Origin: an uncultured Thermotogae bacterium | GTDB lineage: Bacteria; Bipolaricaulota; Bipolaricaulia; UBA7950; UBA9294 | Assembly (NCBI GenBank): GCA_964530075.1 | Contig: CAZGXU010000001.1 | Coordinates: 11,288 to 75,287, forward strand | Reading direction: 5' to 3' | Length of the DNA: 64,000 nucleotides | Part shown: positions 45,856 to 55,476 of the stretch, one piece after another | Position numbering within the stretch: position 1 is the stretch's first letter | Layout of the letters: the number at the start of each line of letters is the position of its first letter | Translations under genes and position numbers: made by a program | The notes under the pieces: generated by a model | What the model saw: only the letters and a program-made list of their open reading frames with translations | The model's database searches: none | Told to the model about the DNA's origin: nothing

Positions 45856-46929
45856 ATGGAAAAGGCCGACGCGGCGCATCGGGCCGTGGAGCTGATCGAG
45901 GCGGCCGTCGGCGCGGAGGGATTCGAGGCGTTCTCCGGCGGGACCCTGCCGTTTCTGGCGGAGCTGGCTCGAACGGCGGAGACCTTCCTCTACGTCTCGG
46001 ACCCGCGCCTTTCCTCGCCCCACTACGCCGCCCACGGCCTCTCGTCGGAAGGATCGTCCGCCCTCGAGCGTTCCTGTCCGGACTGGTTCGCCGAGCTGGG
46101 CGACGACCTCGAAGCGAAGAGGGTGACGGCCCGGATCGGCGACGCCGAAGCGACGTACGCCCTCCACCCGCTCCCCGTCGACGGCCGCGCGATCGGGATC
46201 GTCGGTGTGCCGGCGGAGGGGGACGACCGACTCGTGGTGGAAAGCGTCTGGCCCCGGTTGCTGTCGGCGCTCGGCCGGATCGCGGATCGGCTCGCCGCGC
46301 GGGTCAGCTCCGAGCGGAAGCTCCTCCACCTCAACACCTACCTGACGGTCAGCACGACGCTCGCCAAGTCGGTCGACCTCGCCGAGCTCCTCGAGATCGC
46401 GCTCTACTGCAGCATGGAAGCCGCCTCGGCCGAAGCGGCCTCGATCCTTCTCCTCGACGAGGCGGAGGAGAACTTCCAATTCTACCGGGTCGAGGGGGCG
46501 GCGAAGCCGCTCCTCGGCGGCTCGACGTTCCCGGCGGCGGAGGGGATTGCCGGGCGGGTCCTCGAGACGCTGGAGGCGGAGATCGTCGACGACGTGGAGG
46601 CCGATCCGCGTTTCTACGGGCAGATCGACCTGAAGACCGGCTACCGCACGCGGAATCTGATCGCCGTGCCGCTCGTCGCCGGCGACGAGCGGATCGGGGT
46701 CCTCGAGGTGCTGAACCGCCTCGACGGCGGATCCTTCACGGCGGACGAACGGCTGATCCTCGTCTCGGTCGCCGACGAGATCGCGTTCGCGGTCCGGAAC
46801 GCCACGATCTTCGACTACGTCGTCAACACGTACTGCAAGCGGCGTCAGGGGAAGAACTCCTGCAAAGGGTGCGAGCGTCCTCTCGGCTCCTGGACGCCCT
46901 GCATGCGGTACCGCGAATTCCTCCCGTAA
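45856..46929 (+). CDS. GAF domain protein with C-terminal CX8CX2CX9C zinc-ribbon-like motif
   Basis: Start MEKADAAH with GGGAGG RBS. GAF fold in the C-terminal half (IAVPLVAGDERIGVLEVLNR). The C-terminus reads CKRRQGKNSCKGCERPLGSWTPC. Confidence 0.7.
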   Translation: MEKADAAHRAVELIEAAVGAEGFEAFSGGTLPFLAELARTAETFLYVSDPRLSSPHYAAHGLSSEGSSALERSCPDWFAELGDDLEAKRVTARIGDAEATYALHPLPVDGRAIGIVGVPAEGDDRLVVESVWPRLLSALGRIADRLAARVSSERKLLHLNTYLTVSTTLAKSVDLAELLEIALYCSMEAASAEAASILLLDEAEENFQFYRVEGAAKPLLGGSTFPAAEGIAGRVLETLEAEIVDDVEADPRFYGQIDLKTGYRTRNLIAVPLVAGDERIGVLEVLNRLDGGSFTADERLILVSVADEIAFAVRNATIFDYVVNTYCKRRQGKNSCKGCERPLGSWTPCMRYREFLP

Positions 46930-47048
46930 GGCCCTCTCTTCGGGGAGGTCGGGTTGTGGCTTGACGTCTCACAAGAGTACCTGGACCGGGGATCGATGAG
47001 GGGCGACATCGGGGCGCGTCGCGCCCTTGCCCGACCACGGGAGACCGA

Positions 47049-50000
47049 ATGACGATCGAGCTGCTGGGTACGTACTTGCCGATGGATCGCCGGCGGGCCC
47101 TCGCGAGCGGAGTCGATCTCCCGGTCGATACCGCGGGGTCGGTCCTTCTTGCCGACATCTCCGGCTTCACGTCCCTGACGGAAGGGTTGGTCGCGAGCCT
47201 CGGCCCCCGCCGCGGCGCCGAGGAACTGACGAGGCTCCTGAACGCCGTCTACACCGGCTTGGTCTCCCGGGTCCATCACTTCGGGGGGAGCGTCGTCTGC
47301 TTCATCGGCGACGCGTTCATCAGCCTCTTCCCGGACGACTCGGGCCTCCGCGGCCTCGCCTGCGGGCTGCAGATGCAGCGGACGATGAAACAGTTCCAGG
47401 CGATCGCCGCGCCGCAGGGGGGGCGCGTCTCCCTGTCGATGAAGGCCGCGGTCGCCGCCGGCCCGGTGCGGCGCTTCGTAATCGGGGATCCGGGGATCCA
47501 GCTGATGGACGTGCTCGCCGGAGCGACCATCGATCGGCTGACGGTGGCGGAGCACCTCGCGGAACGGGGGGAGGTGATCGCCGCGCCGGTGGTGGCGAGG
47601 AAGGTCGGCGCCCACTTGATGATGGAGGCCTGGCGCGGGCGATTCGGCGTGGTGGAGGGGTTGAGGGAGACCGTCGACCCGACTCCGTGGCCGGACCCCT
47701 CGCCGCCCGGTCCGCTGCCGGAACGACTCCGACCGTACCTTCTTCCCCCCGTCTTCGATCGGGTCGAGCGCGGACAGGGGGAGTTCCTCGCCGAGCTTCG
47801 GCCCGTCTCCGTCCTTTTCCTTCGGTTCGCCGGAATCGACTACGACGGCGACGCCGCGGCGGGGGAGAAGCTCGACGCGTTCGCGACGTGGACCCAGGGG
47901 GTGGCCGGTCGCTACGGCGGGTACGTTCTGCTGCTGACGACCGCCGACAAGGGGAGCCACCTCTACGTCGTCTTCGGGGCGCTCGAGGCGCACGAGGACG
48001 ACCGCGAACGGGCGGTGGCGACGGCCCTGGAGCTGAAAGACCCCCCCTCGGAGCTTGGCTTCATCGTGGGGATCCAGATCGGCGTGAGCCACGGACGCGC
48101 CCGGGTCGGGGCCTACGGAGGCCGGGCGCGGCGGACGTACGGCGCACTCGGAGACGCCGTCAACCTGGCCGCCCGGCTGATGGAGGCGGCGCCGGTCGGG
48201 GAGATCCGCTGCGGCGAATCGATCCACGAGTCTGCGAAGGGCCGGTGGGCGTTCGACGCGCTCCCGCCCGTGTCGCTCAAGGGGATCGACCGGCCGCAAC
48301 CGGTCTATCGCCCGCTCGGCCGAGCGGGGGCCGGCTCGGCCCGCGATGCGCGCGACCTGATCGGACGCCGGGCCGAACTGGGGGTCATCGAGAGGGTCCT
48401 GCGGGGAGCGCGGGCCGGTCCGCGGCGGATTCTGCTGATGGAGGGCGAGGCGGGAATCGGGAAGAGCCGGCTCGTCGAGGAGATCCGGTGTCTGGCGGGC
48501 GATCGCGGTTTCTCGTGCCTCCTCGGGGCCGCGGACAGCATCGAGCAGCACACGCCCTATCGGGCCTGGCGCGAGCTCCTGTCCGCCTTCTTCGAGCTGG
48601 AGGGCGGGGCGGATCCCCGAGCGTGGCGGGAGCGCGTCGTCGAGCGGCTTGCGGCGGTCGATCCGGGCTACGTCGATCGCGCCCCGTTGTTGAACGACAT
48701 CCTGGAGCTCGGCCTCCCCGAATCGCGCGTCACGGGCGGCTACGATCCTGAGGTCCGGCAGGAGAGCCTCGCCGCATTGGTCGGCGAGTTGCTGCTGCAC
48801 CGGACGGTCGCGAGCCCCGTCGTCCTGATCGTGGAGGATGCCCACTGGCTCGACTCGCTTTCGTGGGAGCTTCTGGTCTCCGTGGCGCGCACGCTCGCCG
48901 GCCGGCCGGTCCTTCTCGTTGTCACGCATCGACCCTACGTCGACGTCGTTCCGGAGCAGTACGCCGCCCTGTCGCAGATGAGCGGAGTCGAAAAGCTCGC
49001 GCTGGGATCGCTCCCCCCAGGGGAGACGGTCGCCCTCGCCGCCGCCCGTCTCGGCCTGGAGACGTCCGCGCTCCCGGAAGCGGTCGTCACTCTGCTCGCG
49101 GAGCGGGCGGGCGGGAATCCGTTCTTCGCCCTGGAGCTGATCGGCGCGCTCCACGATCGGGATCTGCTCGCCGTCGAGGGAGCGTCGTGCACGGTGGTCG
49201 GAGGGGTGGACGCTCTCCGCGAGAGCGTCCCCGACACGCTTGAGGGCGTGGTCCTCTCGCGCCTCGATCGCCTCCCGGCGGGAGAGCAGCTGACCGTGAA
49301 GGTCGCCTCCGTCATCGGGCGGAGCTTCCTCCTGCGAACGCTGCACGACGTGCATCCTGCGCAGTTCGAGCGCTCCGAGCTCCGAGCCCAGCTTGCACAC
49401 ACGTCGCGCCGGCGTTTGACGGTGCAGGAGGCCGAGGATCCCGAGCCGAGCTATGCGTTTCATCACGCGGTGACCCAGCAGGTGGCCTACGACACGCTCC
49501 TCTTCGAGCAGCGCCGCGAGCTGCACCGGGGCGTCGCCACTTGGTACGAAGAGACGTATGCCGGACAGTTGGATCCGCACGTCCCGCTGTTGGTCGTCCA
49601 CTGGAACCGGGCCGGCCGCTCCGAGAAGGAATGCGAGTACTCGCGCCTCGCCGGCGATCAGGCCGCCGCACGGCACGCCAACGCCGAGGCGGAGGTCTAC
49701 TTCACCCGATCCCTCGAGTTGGTCGACGAGCTCGACGGCCGGGGGGACTCGGAGCGGCGCGTCGAGATCCTTCGGCGGCGGGTCGGGGTCCTCGCTCTCC
49801 TCGGCCGCGTCGTCGAGGAGCGGGCCGATCTGGAGCGGCTGTCGTCGATTGTCGGGACCTCCGGCCGGCCGGCCGGACGCGGCGAGCTCCTCCTCCTCTG
49901 GTCGGACTTCCACAAGCGCTGCGGGCAGTTCGAGGCGTCGAGACGACAGGGCGAGCTCGCGCTCGCCGCGATGGAGGAGGCGGGCGACCCCGTGGGTCGG

Positions 50001-51089
50001 GCGAGGGCCCTGACCCGCATCGGGAATGCCCTCGAGGGGGAGGGGCGTTTCCAGGAAGCGCGGGAGTCCGCCCGGAGGGCGGTCGCCACCTTCCGCGAGG
50101 TCGACGCGCTCGACGGGGAGGCCGCGAGCCTGAAGTCCCTGGGGATCATCAGCGCCCGTCTCGGGGAGCTGCCGGAGGCGATGGAGCGGTTCGGCGAGGC
50201 CCGCGCGCTCTACAGCCGACTGGGGGACCGGAAGGGCGAAGCGGACATCCTCGGGAACCTCGGTGCGCTCAGCTACTACCTCGGCGAGTACGAAAAGTGC
50301 ATCGAGTACACGGAGCAGGCGCAGCCGCTCTTCCACGAGATGGGAAACCGGATCGGGTCGGCGAAGTGCCTGACAAACCTAGGCAACTCGTACAGCGCGC
50401 TCGGCGCGTTCGCCGAAGGGCTGGAGAACCACCGTCGGGCACTGGAGCTCTACGAGCAGCTCGAGGACGCGAATGGATGCGCCGACAGCCTGTGCAACAT
50501 CGGCATTGCCCACGGCGCGTTGGGTGTCGGAGGGCAGCCAGAACTGACGTTCCAGGCGCACGGAGAACGGGAGGAGCTGAAGGCTGCCGTCGAAGCGACG
50601 ACCGAAGCGATAGCGCTCTACACGCAGATCGGAAGCCAAAGAGGGAAGGTCATATCCCACTTCAATCTCGGAACGACTTGGCTCTGTATCGGAGACATCG
50701 AGGCGGCCGAGGCACAGTTGCGAGATGCGCTGCGGATGAGTCGAGAGTTGGAACTGGATCGGCTTGCGATGAGATCCCTCTCCGCGATGGCCCGGGCGCG
50801 CTTCCTCGCCGGGGAGCTCGACGAGGCGGCGAAGCGAACCGCCGAGGCGCTCGCTCTTCTGGGGGACGGGTCGTCACCGGAGGCGATCGAGATCCACTTC
50901 ACCCAGTTCCGCGTCCTCGTAGCGCTCGGTCGCTCCGACGAAGGGCTTTCGCACCTGGAGGTCGCGCGCCGTCTCGTGGACGAGCGGGCCGAGAAGATCG
51001 ACGACGAGAACCTGTGCGCCCGATTCCTCGCGACGTATGGGGAGATCCTGAGCGCGTGGGAGAAGCGTCAGGCGGCGTCTCCCACGTAG
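47049..51089 (+). CDS. signal-transduction protein: two tandem class III nucleotide cyclase domains, AAA/STAND NTPase, TPR repeats
   Basis: The first cyclase domain has the metal-binding Asps (LADISGFT, FIGDAF) but lacks the GDxVNxAARL motif. The second has GDAVNLAARL but has Gly/Thr in place of the Asps (RFAGID, TTADKG). P-loop LMEGEAGIGKSRL. More than 400 aa of TPR-like helical repeats. Confidence 0.85.
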   Translation: MTIELLGTYLPMDRRRALASGVDLPVDTAGSVLLADISGFTSLTEGLVASLGPRRGAEELTRLLNAVYTGLVSRVHHFGGSVVCFIGDAFISLFPDDSGLRGLACGLQMQRTMKQFQAIAAPQGGRVSLSMKAAVAAGPVRRFVIGDPGIQLMDVLAGATIDRLTVAEHLAERGEVIAAPVVARKVGAHLMMEAWRGRFGVVEGLRETVDPTPWPDPSPPGPLPERLRPYLLPPVFDRVERGQGEFLAELRPVSVLFLRFAGIDYDGDAAAGEKLDAFATWTQGVAGRYGGYVLLLTTADKGSHLYVVFGALEAHEDDRERAVATALELKDPPSELGFIVGIQIGVSHGRARVGAYGGRARRTYGALGDAVNLAARLMEAAPVGEIRCGESIHESAKGRWAFDALPPVSLKGIDRPQPVYRPLGRAGAGSARDARDLIGRRAELGVIERVLRGARAGPRRILLMEGEAGIGKSRLVEEIRCLAGDRGFSCLLGAADSIEQHTPYRAWRELLSAFFELEGGADPRAWRERVVERLAAVDPGYVDRAPLLNDILELGLPESRVTGGYDPEVRQESLAALVGELLLHRTVASPVVLIVEDAHWLDSLSWELLVSVARTLAGRPVLLVVTHRPYVDVVPEQYAALSQMSGVEKLALGSLPPGETVALAAARLGLETSALPEAVVTLLAERAGGNPFFALELIGALHDRDLLAVEGASCTVVGGVDALRESVPDTLEGVVLSRLDRLPAGEQLTVKVASVIGRSFLLRTLHDVHPAQFERSELRAQLAHTSRRRLTVQEAEDPEPSYAFHHAVTQQVAYDTLLFEQRRELHRGVATWYEETYAGQLDPHVPLLVVHWNRAGRSEKECEYSRLAGDQAAARHANAEAEVYFTRSLELVDELDGRGDSERRVEILRRRVGVLALLGRVVEERADLERLSSIVGTSGRPAGRGELLLLWSDFHKRCGQFEASRRQGELALAAMEEAGDPVGRARALTRIGNALEGEGRFQEARESARRAVATFREVDALDGEAASLKSLGIISARLGELPEAMERFGEARALYSRLGDRKGEADILGNLGALSYYLGEYEKCIEYTEQAQPLFHEMGNRIGSAKCLTNLGNSYSALGAFAEGLENHRRALELYEQLEDANGCADSLCNIGIAHGALGVGGQPELTFQAHGEREELKAAVEATTEAIALYTQIGSQRGKVISHFNLGTTWLCIGDIEAAEAQLRDALRMSRELELDRLAMRSLSAMARARFLAGELDEAAKRTAEALALLGDGSSPEAIEIHFTQFRVLVALGRSDEGLSHLEVARRLVDERAEKIDDENLCARFLATYGEILSAWEKRQAASPT

Positions 51090-51101
51090 GGAGACGCCGC
51101 C
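51071..51101. terminator. 13-bp perfect hairpin GGCGGCGTCTCCC-ACGTA-GGGAGACGCCGCC that overlaps the TAG stop of the cyclase gene; candidate bidirectional terminator between convergent genes
   Basis: Read directly from the sequence. Followed by TCTCCATTC. Confidence 0.45.
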
Positions 51102-51137
51102 TCTCCATTCGCTGGTTCGAGCAGTCCGAGCCGCAGT

Positions 51138-53480
51138 CTAGAAGAACGCCACGGCGGCTTCTCCCGGCGGGTCGGTCGGCAGGTGGAGGAGGTAGTACTT
51201 CTTCCCCGCGACGAACTGCGCTTTGTGGATCCCGAACGAGACCGTCGCGCTCCCGGGGATGATGTAGAAGACCTCAGCCCCGTTCGCCCTGTAGCCCTTG
51301 CCGTAGGCGTTCGTCATCGTGATCGACGCGGCGGAGCCGCCCTCGCTTCCCGTCTGCGTCGAGTCGACAAGGAAGTAGAAGACCGAGTCGGGAATCGGGA
51401 CACCGTCCATCGTCAGCTGGCCGAACACGGCGAGTCCGTCGATGTCCGATTCCAGCACGACTTCGCTCACGGTGTCCGATGTGACGGTGACCTCGTCGGT
51501 GGCGCTACATCCGGTGTCGCGGACGACCGTCACGCGGTAGACGCCGGACCGGCTGACGGTGAGCGACTCGCTGCGGCCGACGATCTTCCCGAGCGTGTCC
51601 TCCCACGTCACCGTGTACGGGCCGGGGGAGCGCGCGATCGTCGCGGTCAGGGTGACTTCCGGGACGTCGAGTGTGAGGAGCCGATCGGGTCCCGCGTCGA
51701 CGAGCGGCGGCTCCGTGTCCTCGACGACGACGACCGAGTCGCTCGACGAGCAGCCGTTGGCACCGGTGACGGTGACTGTGTAGGTCCCCGGCTCGTCGAC
51801 CGTGATCGTCGCGGAACGGCAGATCGTGCTTCCGCTCGGCGTGGACCACTCGATGGCGTACGGCGCTCTTCCTCGCGAGATGTTCGCCGTGAGGGTGACC
51901 TCGCTGACGTCACACGTGAGGACGCCGCTGACGAGCGCGTCGACGACCGGCGTCTCGACGTCCTCGGTGACGATGACGGTTCCGGTCGACGAACAGCCGT
52001 TGGCGCCGGTCACCCGGACGGTGTATGTCCCCGCCTGGTCGACGGTCGTCACGGGAGCGTCCCCGATCACGGCGCCGGATGCGTTCCGCCACTCGTACGT
52101 GTAGGGGAGACTCCCGCCGGTCGCCGTAGCGCGGAGGTCCGTCTCGGTGGCGGTGCAGGAGAGGAGCCGATCGGCCGTGGCGTCCACCGCGGGGGCCCCG
52201 AGGTCCTCGGTGACGACGACAGTGGCCGTCGCTGAGCAACCGTTGCTCCCGGTGGCCTTCACGGTATAGGTGCCCGGTCTGTCGACCGTGATGCGCGCAT
52301 CGCGGCCGATGACGCCGCCGCCCTGAATCCACTCGATGGCGTACGGAGGGCAAGTGCCCGATACATGGGCCTCGAGCGTCGCCTCGCGGAGTGCGCAGGT
52401 GAGTGCGTGATCGACGGTCGCCGTGACCGCGGGGCGGCCGAAGTCCGCTGCGACGATCACAGTGTCACTGACGAAGCACCCGTCGGCTCCGGTGACCTTG
52501 ACCGTGTAGGTTCCGGGCTCGTCGACGGTGATCGAGAGACCCCTCCCGACGACCCCGGCCCCCGCCCGCGTCCACTCGACGGAGCACGGCTCGCACGACG
52601 GCTTGCCCGGGCAGAAGTCGGCGGTGAGCGTCACCTCGGGTCTCGCGCAAGTGAGGACCTGGTCAGCGCACGCGGCGACGGTCGGCTTGCACGTCGTCGG
52701 GGCACACGTCGTCGGGGCACACGGCCCACCGTCGACGGCGATTTCCTTGGGCGCCATCGCGCTCGTCTCGCAGGGCGACGCCGAAAAGTCCGTGATCGGC
52801 AAGGGGTATTGCCAGGGGGAGGCGATGAGCGGATAGCGATCGACAACGGGAGCGTAGTACGGCTTGTCGCCGATCCCGTCGCAGTCGCCGTCGGTGCCCT
52901 GGTAGTCGCTCCAGTAGTTGCCCACCAGGCCGCAGTACCAGACGTTCCTGCCTTCCGGATCGTGGGCCGCGCGGGCGTTCAGAAGGAAGCTGTTCCTCGT
53001 GACGGTGTTCTCGCGGGAGCCGAGGGTCAGCTCGGCTCCGGTCCGATTCTCAGCGATGAGGTTTCCGGCGATCCCGTTGTCGTGAGAGTTCTCCAGCAGG
53101 ATGCCGCGCTCGTTCCGGAGGAGCAAACAGCCTTCGATCGATCCGTTCGCGACGTCGAGGAGCCGGATCGCGGCTCCCGAAGCCGCTTCGATCACGCAGT
53201 TGCGGATGACGAAGGACTGCGACGTGTGTTCGATGTTGATCCCGAAGTCCGCTCCGTGGGCGATGATCCGCCACCCCTCGATGACGTACGGCGATTCCTC
53301 GGTCCCGCGTCCCGATACAACGCCGCTGTCGCAGGTGAATCCCGCATTTCCGTAGATGTAGATAGTCTCCCGATCGGTCCAGCAGCCAACGTCCTGGCCG
53401 ACCTGACCGCTCGTCGGCAGGGCGGAGATGAGGGCCACCACGACCGAGACGCCGAGCAGAAAGCTCTTCCCGCGCATCAT
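51138..53480 (-). CDS. large secreted/cell-surface protein: signal peptide, right-handed parallel beta-helix (NosD/pectin-lyase-like) domain, Cys/Pro linker, about 5 SprB-type Ig-like repeats, C-terminal sorting-like domain
   Basis: Signal peptide MMRGKSFLLGVSVVVALISALPTSGQ. Beta-helix repeats (NCVIEAASGAAIRL..., GNLIAENRTG...). Repeats of P-Y-x-x-E-W...G-T-Y-T-V-x-V-T-G-A-N-G-C-S, the SprB-repeat signature. Confidence 0.8.
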   Translation of the reverse strand: MMRGKSFLLGVSVVVALISALPTSGQVGQDVGCWTDRETIYIYGNAGFTCDSGVVSGRGTEESPYVIEGWRIIAHGADFGINIEHTSQSFVIRNCVIEAASGAAIRLLDVANGSIEGCLLLRNERGILLENSHDNGIAGNLIAENRTGAELTLGSRENTVTRNSFLLNARAAHDPEGRNVWYCGLVGNYWSDYQGTDGDCDGIGDKPYYAPVVDRYPLIASPWQYPLPITDFSASPCETSAMAPKEIAVDGGPCAPTTCAPTTCKPTVAACADQVLTCARPEVTLTADFCPGKPSCEPCSVEWTRAGAGVVGRGLSITVDEPGTYTVKVTGADGCFVSDTVIVAADFGRPAVTATVDHALTCALREATLEAHVSGTCPPYAIEWIQGGGVIGRDARITVDRPGTYTVKATGSNGCSATATVVVTEDLGAPAVDATADRLLSCTATETDLRATATGGSLPYTYEWRNASGAVIGDAPVTTVDQAGTYTVRVTGANGCSSTGTVIVTEDVETPVVDALVSGVLTCDVSEVTLTANISRGRAPYAIEWSTPSGSTICRSATITVDEPGTYTVTVTGANGCSSSDSVVVVEDTEPPLVDAGPDRLLTLDVPEVTLTATIARSPGPYTVTWEDTLGKIVGRSESLTVSRSGVYRVTVVRDTGCSATDEVTVTSDTVSEVVLESDIDGLAVFGQLTMDGVPIPDSVFYFLVDSTQTGSEGGSAASITMTNAYGKGYRANGAEVFYIIPGSATVSFGIHKAQFVAGKKYYLLHLPTDPPGEAAVAFF
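51443..52688 (-). repeat. tandem SprB-like repeat-coding units, about 240 nt each, about 5 copies
   Basis: Periodic recurrence of GTYTVxVTGANGCSS in the translated protein. Confidence 0.6.
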
Positions 53481-54033
53481 CGCCTCCTTGATCCGATTTC
53501 AAACGAGGGGATATCGCATGTCCGTCCAGATCCGGAGTATAGTCCCCCTGCGGGCTTCGGTCCGTAACGCCCGTCACACTGGCGCTGCGACATCCGTCGC
53601 GTGGTGGGGTTCGTGCCGACGGATCGGCGGCCGCGGTCGGGATCGTTGTGGTCGCGAAGAACCGGACGACGGCGTCGTGGGCCGGCTTCCAAGTCGGGTG
53701 GAGTGAACGTTGCCTGTCGCGGTCGCAGGGATGGAGGAACGACGGACAGTCGTTGAGAGCGACCGGTCCGTCGAGAGCGATGACGGCGTCCTTGATCGTC
53801 GCCTCCGAGGCCGGCCGCCCCCACGAGGTCATCCGGGATTGTCGAGCCCTCGAATGGAGCCGAGATCGTCTGCTCCTCTCTCTGTGGCTGTCACGGCGCG
53901 AGCGACGACAGGTCGGTGCGCGGGGTCGACCGACGGTCGATTCCGGCCTTCACAGTCTTGCCACATTCTCGCTTCGCCGTCTCCATGCCCGGAGATCACC
54001 CTTCGAGCGGCTGAGATGGACATGGAGGTGACC

Positions 54034-55152
54034 ATGAGACGAAGGATCGTGCCTCTAATCGGAGTCGGGGCGCTCGTCGTCGCCGCCGTCGTGCTGACGC
54101 TCCGTGGGGATTCGTCGAACACGGCGGTGTCCTCGCCGACGTTGGAGGATCGGATCATCGCCGTCTATGAGGAGGCCGGGCCTTCGGTGGTCAACATCAC
54201 CGGTCTGACCTACGTCAGTAACCCGTTCTTCGGAAGTGTCCCGCAGGAGGGGACGGGATCGGGGTTCGTCTTCGACGACCGCGGTCACATCGTCACGAAC
54301 TACCATGTCGTCGACGGGACGTACCAGTTGATGGTGACCCTTCCGTCGGGCGTCGAGTACGCCGCGGAGATCGTCGGGAGCGATCCGGGAAACGACCTCG
54401 CCGTCCTCCGGATCGACGCCGGAGCCGATCTGCCTCCTCCTCTGGAGCTGGGGGATTCCGACGCCCTCCGCGTCGGGCAGTTCGTCATGGCGATCGGGGC
54501 GCCGTTCGGACTGGAGGAGACGCTCACGACCGGCGTCGTCAGCGCCCTCGGCCGGGTGATCGAAAGCCCGGAGGACGACCAGTTCATCGGCGAGGCGATC
54601 CAGACGGATGCAGCGATCAACCCGGGCAACTCGGGCGGACCGCTCCTGAACTTGGACGGCCAGGTCATCGGGGTCAACTCACAGATCCTCAGTACGAGCG
54701 GTAGCTCCGCGGGGATCGGGTTCGCCATCTCCTCCAACACGGTGAAGCGCGTCGTCCCGGAACTGATCGATCACGGCCGGTATCTCCATCCGTGGATCGG
54801 CATCCAGACGGTCGACCTCAACTCTTACACGGTCGCGATCTTCAGGAACGCCGGGGTACAGCTGCCGGTGGACAGCGGCATCCTGGTCGTCGGGTTCGAG
54901 TCCGACTCGCCGGCGGAGGACGCGGGGGTGAACGGCGGAGATCGCACCATCCGGTACGGCTGGTATTCGATCCCGGTCGGCGGGGACATCATCGTCGCTG
55001 TCGACGACAGGCCGACAAAGAAGATGGAGGACCTGCTGATCTACCTCGAGGCCGAGACCAGGATCGGTGACACGGTCCGACTGACGGTCCTCCGTGACGG
55101 GGTCGAGCGGAGGATCTCGGTGCGGGTGGCCGAGCGCCCGATGGAGGGCTGA
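54034..55152 (+). CDS. htrA: HtrA/DegP family serine protease (trypsin-like domain plus PDZ)
   Basis: Start MRRRIVPLIGVGALVVAAVVL with GGAGGTG RBS. Catalytic triad context (TNYHVV, GNDLAVLRI, GNSGGPL). C-terminal PDZ domain. Confidence 0.85.
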   Translation: MRRRIVPLIGVGALVVAAVVLTLRGDSSNTAVSSPTLEDRIIAVYEEAGPSVVNITGLTYVSNPFFGSVPQEGTGSGFVFDDRGHIVTNYHVVDGTYQLMVTLPSGVEYAAEIVGSDPGNDLAVLRIDAGADLPPPLELGDSDALRVGQFVMAIGAPFGLEETLTTGVVSALGRVIESPEDDQFIGEAIQTDAAINPGNSGGPLLNLDGQVIGVNSQILSTSGSSAGIGFAISSNTVKRVVPELIDHGRYLHPWIGIQTVDLNSYTVAIFRNAGVQLPVDSGILVVGFESDSPAEDAGVNGGDRTIRYGWYSIPVGGDIIVAVDDRPTKKMEDLLIYLEAETRIGDTVRLTVLRDGVERRISVRVAERPMEG

Positions 55153-55476
55153 TCGGTCCATCGAGCCGGCCTCCGCGAGCGTCCGTCTGACCTCCGATGT
55201 CGGAAGTTGCGACACTCCTTGGCGGTACGAGCGGCCCAGGAGGGACAGTAGTCGACGTCGTTCCGCTGGACGCGACGGGCGCGACGACGGCCCTATGGGG
55301 AATATCGTATGCACTTCCGACGAGGCACGTGGTGAGGGGGTCGGGGACATCGGCCGTCTCCCTGCTCACCGGCTTCAAGGTCAGATTCCTGCCGTTCCGG
55401 CTCTGCCCGTTCTTCCTCACGGCGTCCGCCAGCCCGATCCTCACCGGCGGGACAGCCGGAAGCCCGAGATGGGGCA

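Noticed and set aside
46930-47048. Possible terminator hairpin between the GAF and cyclase genes (CCCTCTCTTCGGGGAGG)
   Set aside because: The stem is only 4-5 bp with mismatches. The genes are co-directional and likely co-transcribed.
46845-50336. 1163-aa minus-strand ORF antisense to the cyclase gene; similar long antisense or off-frame ORFs at 17604..19013, 58999..61707, 7112..9202, 3820..5199, 32800..34218 and 37403..39457
   Set aside because: Extreme Arg/Gly/Pro/Ala-rich composition typical of non-coding frames in about 70% GC DNA. All of them overlap genes with strong family motifs on the other strand or frame.
53050-53832. 260-aa minus-strand ORF whose first 60 residues look less junk-like
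   Set aside because: It runs without a stop into the beta-helix gene in a different frame and the remainder is Arg-rich. There is no independent termination, so there is no support for a small gene.
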